The notes below the pieces were generated by a model. It searched no databases. It saw nothing but the letters and a program-made list of their open reading frames with translations, and had not been told where the DNA came from. A stretch of DNA of 33,104 nt from Catajapyx aquilonaris (Eukaryota), in the NCBI GenBank assembly GCA_000934665.2, contig JYFJ02004319.1, positions 1 through 33,104 on the forward strand. Reading direction: 5' to 3'. Every line of letters begins with the position of its first letter. Position 1 is the stretch's first letter. Below are positions 23,176-33,104 of the stretch, in pieces. The position numbers and the translations under genes were made by a program.

Positions 23176-25239
23176 CATACACCACTCACAACCTCCAACA
23201 TCGAACATATACGCAAGGAGTTAGGTTTGTCAGCGTCATCTCGGCTTTTTTTCCCAGATGTCGCTGTTGTCGAGCTTGCCATGCAAACATCTGAAAACTG
23301 CAACGGGATCCGATCTTGATTGGATCTTGCTTGGAAACTGATCCGATGACAAATCATTTGCATCATACAAATGGGCCCAAAGAGTGTGGTGCAAAACTTG
23401 CGCGCTTCCTCTCTTAAATCAGTGTAAAGTAACCTTCGTTACTGTCAAGCAGAGAGAGAAGAAAAGATTGTGAACTCTTCCATTTATGCACTCTAGATAT
23501 TGTGCAAATGTAAAGTTGCAGTTGACTTTTCGATGCTCTAGTCGTCTAGTGGAAAGACAGCCAAAAACAGGTTGTAAGAGTTGAAGAGTACACAAATATT
23601 TTGATTGTATTGTGTACCTTTATTCCCATTACTTCAGGCAGATTTAAATTTCACGTTCTTATCAGTATTTTACAGTCTCTGGGAGTAATATTTTATTTAA
23701 CAACACTCTACTGCATAGTACACCTTAACATATTTTCTAATTCCTTTCGTTCCTTTTCCCTGCAAACCAATATTAAAGCGAATGTCCAAATCGATAGATT
23801 TAATGTAGGTTCAGTACAATATCAAAAAATCCGACAAACGGAGGCGAAAGCGCGCTACATCCGAATGCAACTACCCAACTTCTCATTTGGAACTTCTTCC
23901 TCTTTTCTTCCAGTTACAGTAATGCAAGCTTCCTGCCATTGTCTTCTTCGGGATAGGATGCCGCGATATTAATGTTAGAAGACAGTAAGAAATTAATTTG
24001 AAAACAAGACGCCGACGGCATGGAAGTTTTCTCTTTTATTTATACCCAAGAAAGTTTTTAAAAAATCAATTTTGCCAACACCCTTCAAAAATGGATAGAA
24101 AGAGGGCAGGATTTTTTTTTGGGGGGGGGGGGGGTTCTATCTCCCCCGGCCAAAGTTTTCTCAAAAGACAAACAAAGTTTGTCGCTCATCACTTCCTCCG
24201 TATCACTTTTCCCCTCATGTCACACTGTCAACATTGCGCATGTGCACCCAAAGGCACTCAATTGCCAGCAACAGTTTCCGTAACTTGGACTGGTAAACAA
24301 TATCCCGGGCTGATGTAATAAAGTCCGGATAAAGGTAGCTCTCACAAAGGCGAGAAAATCCAATTATCTACCCTTTCCTCTCCAAAAGCTCTGCCCCGGA
24401 TTTCCTAGCGCATTCTACTGAGGATGTGCGTAATATATTGATTCCCCATCTCTCCCCAAAAGCACCTTTTCTTTTGCGATTCAATTAACCATTGGCAGCG
24501 ATGACTTATGCGCGAAGGTACCAAAGTGGCGGAGGGAGGAATAAAGTTTAATAAACAAAAGCACATTGGGCCATCTGATCATGATTACACTTTATAGACT
24601 CGGCTACCAACTTTCTTCCTTCCTCCTCCCCATATATATTGATCCACATGGACCATGAAATATTATTTGGCACCCACGAAATATGGCCAGGGTGAATGTC
24701 TTTACCCCAACTTGTTGGTAAGTCTGCTGTCGATTAATTGGCTGCCTAAGTCAAACATGGCGTTTTATACCAGGCTCGTTATGAAAATTCACTCATTAAT
24801 AATCACATTTATTACGGCCCAGACTTTTCAGGAACAGTAACTTGAGCATAATTGGAGAGAAGACGTGACTCTGCCGAGAGTAGGAGGGGGCAATAATTGG
24901 CTTCATGAAAAGATGCATTCATTCTACTGCAAGTTTTCTAAGTACATAGAATGATGAAGCTCGTCAGCAAAAGGCCTTCTTCAGCCCATTATAAAATGAT
25001 GGTAAACTGAAGCAAATCTGGAATCCTCTCATGGTAAAAAAAAAGTAGCAAGGCAACATTAATGAGCCCGTTATCGGGAGTCCATACTTGGAACCCAGAA
25101 GGACTTACAGAGTCATGTATTCAGACCACTTCTAGATAGGCTAAACTCCTGAGCACCAAAATGATACAGTTACGCAGAGACGTTATTGGATATCTGCATC
25201 ATTATCACTCAGATTATTAACATTAAGCAAAGAGTGAAT

Positions 25240-25274
25240 TTTACTTAAGATCGCAACTTTACTTAAGATCGCAA
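25240..25274. repeat. Tandem duplication, 18-bp period
   Basis: TTTACTTAAGATCGCAA at 25240-25256 and 25258-25274. Confidence 0.85.
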
Positions 25275-25541
25275 TTTAAATTTAAATTCCATGATAACAG
25301 TTACATTTTCATTACATAGGTACGGTATCATGGGGTATTACTGCAAGGATATTTTATACCTTGTTTTTGAAGCCATGTGCCTGAGTAACAAGACTGCGGA
25401 GATACCTCCACATCAAGTGCCCAGAAGTTCACTGTATAAGTGTGTCTGAAATTCTGAATCACAACTTTGGTGACAGCAAGCTACGTAAAAGAGGCTAATT
25501 CTAATTGCTTAATTAATTTTAACGTTACTTTTCATTTTTAA

Positions 25542-25688
25542 TGTCGGGTTTCACCAACCTCGTTATAATTTCGAACCTCGGCTATAACTAGAATTGCCAT
25601 AGCAACCATTGTTGAAAACAACCAAAAGTAAGGATTTTCGGAAAAGAAACTCGGATTTATAACATAACCTGCTTGGTGAAACCGACCA
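25542..25688. mobile_element. PIF/Harbinger (Tourist-like) MITE, 147 bp
   Basis: TAA TSD at 25539-25541 and 25689-25691. Termini TGTCGGGTTTCACCAA / TTGGTGAAACCGACCA with the inner 11 bp perfect. GTTATAA/TTATAAC subterminal symmetry. Confidence 0.68.
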
Positions 25689-28600
25689 TAAGTAACCGCA
25701 TATGTTAATCGTTTTATTAATGGCAAATCATTTCCCGATATTCAAAACGATCAGTCACACTTGAATGAATTAAAAAAATTATGGCTTCAAGTTTGAACAT
25801 TGCAATTTATCATATGGAGAAAACCTGCTTTCAAAAGTTATTTAGGGTGTAATTTCTCTATCAGAAAGTACCATTCAAGTACTATATTAAACAATGCCTC
25901 ACTCAATTTAGACTGGCCTGTTTTGCAATATTCATGTCTTCACGTCAATCAATCGCATCATACTTGTAATAATTCAAGTATGGTGCGAAAAAGAAGCTTT
26001 AACTTAGAGAACAACTGATATTTTCAGCTACTACACTCTCATTTAATTTTCCATTCCACTGACGCTTTGAAAATTATATGGTAGTTTAATAAAGGACGAA
26101 CATTTCCCAACGACACGTTTGTAAATTGGCGTGAACTCTCCTGCAAGGCACACTTGCCAATGCACAAAAGGCGACAAAGCATGTTTGCCAGAATCAAAAT
26201 TACGTAATGATATGCTGAATTTTGATACCCAACTCAAAATTGGCCATGTTTCTCCTCTGCTGGAAATTGAAGCGTAAACATTATTATCTGCATCAACTAC
26301 CCCAAAGTAAAGTGCAGAATCACTCGAACGCGAAGAATATTTTCATGCCCAAACACCTTCAGCTATACTGTCAATGATAGCTCTAACAGCTCTGACACCC
26401 TTATTTGCCTGTTTACCCCTAAAATCGCCAAGCCCACATCATCCCCAGCCTACTAGAGCATAATGCCAGCAGCCATCCCAAAATGGCCTGTAACAAGGGT
26501 CACATTTCGCTTCCCAACGTTGTTCTAGGCAATTATTAAGCGGGCACCATAAAGAAAGGAAAAGATGGGCGTCGCAAATGACCTCTGCGGAGTTAACCCT
26601 TCGGCAGCGCTTGAGGAGAAATCCTTTTAACGAAGCCCCAAAGTTGGTTCAGTGCTTCCATTAGGCGGCTCACAATGGCTCCCGAAGCTGGGAATCATGT
26701 TGGCCATATTGCGTGCAACCGGAAAAGGGTAGAGGGAGGAGGAGGTGGAAAAGGGTGGGAGGAGGGAAGGGTAAAATGGGGGTGAAAGTGTCCAACTTTC
26801 TTCTTCCCTGTTTCCCCCTCTATGGTATCAAAGGGACCAATCTGTAAGGCGAGTAAGCCTCATCTCGTGTCCCGGATCACCAGATCCGGTTCAAGCTTCT
26901 CTTTTTTTATAGATTGAAACCTGGGTGGAATTCCACTTGAGGTGGGAAAGTGAGCTTCTCGGTACGAGGTGAAAAAATATGACACGTAGCCTGTATATAG
27001 CTCACATCAAACTATGCGAGATGTATTCTCCTGCGATGTTCGAATATCCAGGTTATTATTATATACTGCAGATCTGAACGTGATGATGATTAAATATCAT
27101 CAAAGTGTGCTGGAACGTAAGGGAATCCGTAGATGTGCATTCCAAATGAAACGTTTTGAATAGAGTAACTGTTGAGAGTAATTTTGCCACAGACCCTACA
27201 AATTCAAGTATGAAGCACTTCATGAGTGAATATCAGGGTGATTAATATGTATTGTGGCAATCGAATGGAGTGTAGCTTATCTAACCCTTTGCAACTGTTC
27301 ACCGTATTGTTAGTCCCAAGGGTGGCGACACCTGCACTACAGTGGCTGCCAAAAGGTAATGCAGATTTTACTGTTATCAAGAAAATCAGCACTCAACACG
27401 CTATATACAAAATGAAAAATTTGATGTAAAAATATTAATGCATTGCATGCAATTTCTGAAAGCGTTTCACCCTCTGTGAAAAGTAACCCATGCAATGGAG
27501 CGCTTGACTGTTAGTCACTGTTCTTCCACCATCCACTAAAGTTTTAAACGCCATTTTCTGCAAATTCCACGGCATTGATGCATGATTAAACCGCATTTTA
27601 GCAATGTAAATTCCGTCACATCTCCTGAACTGCAACACCAAAGCACTCACAGATGGCACTTTAGGCTGCTAACATTATGACAATAGACTGCAGCATAAAA
27701 ACGTCCCCGTGCGACTTTGTTTCACGAAATTCTCACATTGCTCCCCTATTCTACATATATGTCCACGTAAACCGAGTTCCGGAGGCAATGCCCCACAATG
27801 CAAAAAATGCACTCGTCGGACATCAAACTTAGCAGATGGCTCCATTCGGCCACATTACAGGTAAAGTCGTAGCATGCAAACGACAAACCCTGAGCGCGGA
27901 ATCCGTCAGGATTTCCGTTCATTACCATCATAAATGATAATCAGGCTGTGGTTTTTAGTGCTCCCGAGTCCATCTCTTAACAGCGCGCTTCTTTTATGTG
28001 GCGCGTCATGAAAGCCAAGCCAAAAGCCGAATGGACTGGCAGATTCCGACTAGGGATCCAAAATAAAGAATCCTGCCAGTGGATAACGACCACCGAGACC
28101 TACCTGCTGTAGTGGAGAGAGAAAATGTTAAGTTGCATACAGGGACGAGAGAGTTAGTGCGGATTTTAACGATGGGCTCCACCGGTCCTTTTATCTCGAC
28201 GCCGCTAGCCAGTAAAACGTAAACCAACCTTGCTCTTGTCGGATAATTAAAAGATCCGCAAAACCGAGGCGGGGTCAGATCTGTGCTCGACTGATTTCCA
28301 GGACTGTGTAGCCTCCAACAGGTGGCGGTGTCAACGTCAGATCGGACGGAGAAACCACCCAGGGAGCTCTTTTTTTCATTCTGGGGTTGCAGATGCAACA
28401 TGTTTCTTAGTTCATGCTTTATGTTGGACAAGCTTATCACATTTCAGGCATAATCATTCATATTAAAGAGGTATAATTTACATATAGTGACATGAATTCC
28501 AGTTCGGACTGGAAGTGGCATTTGACTATTTTCATTTGTCAGACAACAGTAATGCTGTAATAATTTGTAAATAATGGTGGGCTCAAACTTGCATTGCCAT

Positions 28601-31600
28601 GTTGCTGTTAAAAAAGTCAGGGCTTACCTTGAGTGTTATGTATTGGGGCCGAAATATTTGAGCATCACAGATTTCATAGGCCAACTTTTCAATAATTATA
28701 ACTATTCACTTATACTCTAAAAATAACCATTATTATGGTAGCCCACTTACTTTTTCACCTTCCAACAGATGTGTGCCCTCGTTACACGTATATGAATATT
28801 TTTGCCGACACAGTCAATTTTTTTCACGAGTACTATAGAAGCGCAGTTTTATGCAAAGTCTAAAGAACGCGTGTAAAAAAAGTGTGGCTGTATGGGGGCA
28901 TGGTGACGCGTCTAAACTGAGGAAATTAATAACTACTGTATTTCCCTACAGGTAGCTGAAATACTCTTGTGTACGGGAAATTACTGAAAATGTCAAGAAT
29001 TCATTGAATTGTTCAAGACGTTACAGTGAGGATTTTGTCTTCGTACAGTACATATGCACTGTAATAAGAACAGACGCAGAAAGGAACCTGTTGTGTTACA
29101 GACCTGAGTGTAAACATCACAATGCCTTTTGTAGCCGATGTATACTGCATCGCTGTGATTTCACAGACTGTAAAATCCTGTGTTGAACAAGCAGAATAAA
29201 AAACGGAGCCGTGAGCCGACGATCCGAAGGCAACGCGTACGTAAAAAGGAGTGTAGTATTTTCACTCGGTAGCAGGCCATGTGTGGTGTAAGGAGAATCA
29301 AGTGGTGTATAAGCTTCAGACATTTGACAGATTATGCAACAATTTTTTGATGCAATTTTACAGTGTGTCATTAGTGAACAGTGCACCTAATAATATTTCG
29401 TGCCAAAATTAATCTCTCCAGCAGTATTCTGTAAGATTTTGGCCTATATGGTAGGCGGCCATTTTTATTCAAAGGGACCAAAAATGCGGCTTAAAACATT
29501 AACAATACCGGTATATCAGGTTGGCAGGTCCAGGGCACTAATTGATGAGATTAATCTGAAATCACGGTATTTGCTTTCCGTTCAGGCAGGGTTTGTGGCA
29601 TGTAAAGCTGACTCATGCCTGGTTCTGCCGGTAAACCATCGTTATCCAAACAGGCATAATGCCAAGGTTCTACCTAAAAATTGTGGTTGAAGATTAAAAC
29701 TAATATCCACTATACGGATACTGCATATTGTTTTGCTCTCTACTGTGCAGTTGGTCATTGTTTGTACGAGATGTTCCTATTCGAAGAGGGGAGATGGGGA
29801 AGAGTTTATGCAACACAAATGCAAAAAAAAATGAAATAAAAATAAAGGAAACCCGACATTTATGCATAGTCTGGATAGTTCGAATGCCGACAGGAAGTAA
29901 AAAATTCATCAACAATTATTTCCACATCCAAGCTTCGGATTGTCACCTTGGGCGAGAACACCCACATATACAATAATTATAAAACTGTATATTAGCGCAC
30001 ACTATAACAAAGGGAACAAATAGGAATGAGCCTGAATCAAAAATAATTAAAATACTGATAGTTTCATAATATTGACACTTCTACAAGTAAAAATGTCACG
30101 GGTAGTTATTTCCATTTTCGACCCTTTCGCCTCACCTTCAAAAATGTGACAATAAGTTGCATATACTGCCGTAAATCCACTTTAATGGGCTTTCCAACGG
30201 TATTAATTAGAATTCCACGCCAAACAGGGTGAGATCACAGGGGCGAGAGTTTGCGAAATACACCGACACTAAATCAGCTCATTTATGACACACATGGTAT
30301 ATTCCTAAAGGCACCCACTTTTACTTGTATTTTAATGATATATTAGACAAGGTTAAAAAGTTTAGCAGGCTATATTTTTACTTCAACGTGGTTGCAAATT
30401 TATAATTTAATCTATACAGTCCATGGACAGTGCACGGTTCTCGTTCTTCGAAAAAACCTGCAAAGTATTCCAACATTTGAAGTGAGAAATATGTAATGTG
30501 GTCCAAAGGGTGTGTAACGTCCTGTATTGCATGCAATTAAGCAATAATAAACTTATTATCAATTGACACAATAGAGTAGCCTCGAAGTTGTGTTGAGGAC
30601 ATATTGCGGAACTTCAGCTATCAGACTGCCAATTACAGTTTCCATGTAGTCTGGAAGTGCTTTAGATAGCCAGGGCATGCAAACTTTGTATTATTTCGAT
30701 ATAAGTACATAAATGATATGCAATGAAAAATAACTTACTGGTAAATGTTACAGTCGGCTATATTATACCCAGGAATGTGAGTCACTGAAAGGACATTTTA
30801 AAAATTGCATTGTCATTTTCTGTCAGGCTTATTAGCCCACTGGTTCGTGCTTGAAAGAGTAACTGCTGTGGTATGTGATCATTATGCCCAGCAAAGGCTT
30901 TCATCTGGCCAATATTGTTCACTGTATTTTTCAACTTCAATATTATTTCTGATGGAATAGAGTATTTCACGCCTACAAAGTCAGCATACTACCCGAGACA
31001 TTTAATTCTGGACACTTGATCTTACAATGACACCGCTACAGTGTCTAAAACTTGGTCGCTTATGTCTATATACACAATGGCATTAGATAATTTTTCCACC
31101 ACTGATATGTGAGTTTTAGTTCAGGTGGTCCGCATTCATTTTTACAGCAGAAAAACCTGGTCATAATGGCTCTAAATTCGAGACCTCATGCATTATTCTT
31201 TCGCAAAAATGTATCAATCACATCAGCCAGGCGAGACATGGCAGAGAACAAAAAAGCTTCCATTACACACTGCCCTATCAGGGGGGGAAAAAAACCTCGT
31301 CCCGTTCGCTAAATCTTCCTGCAACACGTCATAACCCCCGGACATGACAGGTACAATTAAAATAATTGAACTCTCCGTCACACTCCCCCGTAACTAAAAA
31401 CTCGGTCACTTTAAAAACACTAATAACAGCCTTGATTCCGGACATGGCCAGGTACAGATATCTGCTTCCAGGCATAATCCCGCCGGATATACATATTGGG
31501 TAAAGCCCAGTGTAGTCGTCCCGTGTGCAGTCGCCAGTCGCAGAAACTAATTAACCTTCCAACTGCCACAGGACAGGAACAGTTCTTGACACTGGTTGGA

Positions 31601-32659
31601 AACCTTGCATCAAAATGAACGATTTGACCATAATCAATGCAGCGCAGCCTTCCGCCCGGCTGCATTACCGTCATTTTCCTGGGTGAGTGGGAGCCCCGGA
31701 TAATGGAGATGGGACAGCGTTGTGGTGATCCTGCGGCAAATTAGACCCAACATCCCTTGTGCCCCCGCCAGGACAGAGCTGCCGCCTGCATTTTTGGACC
31801 CCCACTTGATACGTGTATTACAAGTGCACATTTTCGCTTCAATTATGACCCCGACCATCATATATAGTGGGGGGAATAATGAACTCCCTTCAGGTTAGAG
31901 GGGGATATGCTTGGGGATATGACTGATCATGTCCAAGTCAAAGTCCCGCGGGTGTTGGCCTGTACATGTATTTTCAGACATTGACCACTTTTGCCCAAGG
32001 ACTGGTATTGTGGCCGGCTTACTGGACTCTGGGGGCTTTTGTACGGGCAAATCAGGCCGGCAATCAATCCACATTAAACACGGAAAACAGCTTACTTCAC
32101 TTTGGAATGGATGGCGGGACAATACGAGCCCCGGCACGCAGTATATAATTTTCGCCTTGTTTCTCCGGATAACAAAATCGCCGCCCATTATTTGCCCAAA
32201 TTGTCTGCATAATTGAACATGCTATTCAATCCGCGCTCAATGTTTAGCGACCTAATTGTTGCGATATTGTAGCCGGAAGGGGCGGCTGTGATTGGAAGAT
32301 GCGATTGGGCAGAAAGGTGCATCTATTCCACTTCATTTACCTGATGCTCATAGAGCTCCTTTTAGGCTGCCCTTTTATATCCTTCAGTTGCGATTTAAGA
32401 ACTGTGTGCGAGAAAAAATGACCTGAAATGCAATACGTTCAGTCATATTTTAGTCAAAATTTAGTTAAGGTATTTTCTGATTAAGCTACTGTAATAGGGT
32501 GGAGCGCAAAAATTATCGCAAGGGGTGTCAAAAGTTGTGTATTGACTAGTTATAGAGGTATGTTGCACCTGGTAGATATGGCAACCACGTGAAAGTAACC
32601 CCCGGCTGGGTCACCCATCGTGGCCACATGTCCAGATATACTCAGAAGTGTCCAAAGAA

Positions 32660-32726
32660 CAAGTGTACCAAATTTCATACTGTTACCACACAATGCAAAG
32701 TTCGAACCCTTAGCACAACTGGACTA
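32660..32726 (-). mobile_element. Solo DNA-transposon terminus, possibly Academ-like
   Basis: Minus strand TAGTCCAGTTGTGCTAAGGG...GTGGTAACAGTATGAAATTTGGTACAC resembles recalled Academ TIRs (TAG start, ATGAAATTTGG-ACA motif). No matching partner TIR or TSD found. Confidence 0.3.
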
Positions 32727-33104
32727 ATAGCAGCGTTCGTAAATAACCCGCGAAGGGGCGCGTGAAGCCCTGGGTTTAAGTCGCTGTAGCTCCGAAAATA
32801 CGGACTGTACGTGGAAAAGGTACTCTATACCTTTTGTAGCATAAATGCTCCGTTACGACTTTTGTTTGGCACATATCTGCGTGAGAAGCATAGTACGCTC
32901 ATAAAAAGTCATTTCACTCGCTTCATGGTAGCCAACCCGCAATTACAGGCAATTAAAAGCAAAGAGGGGAAGGAGGAACGCGACTGGCAGGAAGGGGTGA
33001 GCTGGGTAAACCCCCTTGCCTTTGTGGGAAAGTAAGTGGAAGTTTTCACTGATAAGTAGAAAAATTTCAAATGGTTAAGTCTAAAATTTCCACTTATTAT
33101 TGAC

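Noticed and set aside
25800..26420. Very old minus-strand LINE coding relic
   Set aside because: Only vague resemblance (QANKGVRAV..., EGVWA); cannot be supported without a profile search.
28006..28440. 144-aa ORF and a 12-bp hairpin at 28035-28080
   Set aside because: No recognisable protein features, and the hairpin is short enough to be chance.
33031..33098. Imperfect ~20-bp inverted repeat at the window end
   Set aside because: AT-rich, imperfect and at the window edge, so TIR/TSD context cannot be assessed.

Overview
This is eukaryotic non-coding DNA (roughly 40% GC by eye), probably arthropod/insect judging from the SINE types, and it looks like a large intron or intergenic region. 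None of the supplied ORFs is a credible intact protein gene, and I see no rRNA, genuine tRNA, CRISPR array or prokaryotic system. What the sequence supports is a layered transposon landscape: four non-autonomous DNA transposons with visible TIRs and TSDs (hAT-, Sola2-, Chapaev3- and PIF/Harbinger-like), three tRNA-derived SINEs, decayed mariner and Tc1-like transposase fragments, and the 3' end of a LINE. It also holds several long hairpins, one candidate minus-strand exon and homeodomain-site clusters. The best leads are (i) a SINE 3' stem-loop homologous, with two compensatory base-pair changes, to the LINE 3' stem-loop about 10 kb away, while a sister SINE copy carries a different tail; (ii) a SINE whose A-box region is duplicated as a perfect 23-bp foldback inside its TSD; (iii) a Chapaev3-like element built from three left and three right ~170-bp terminal modules; and (iv) a 74-nt near-perfect hairpin. 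All family assignments come from recalled consensus features, not from database searches.
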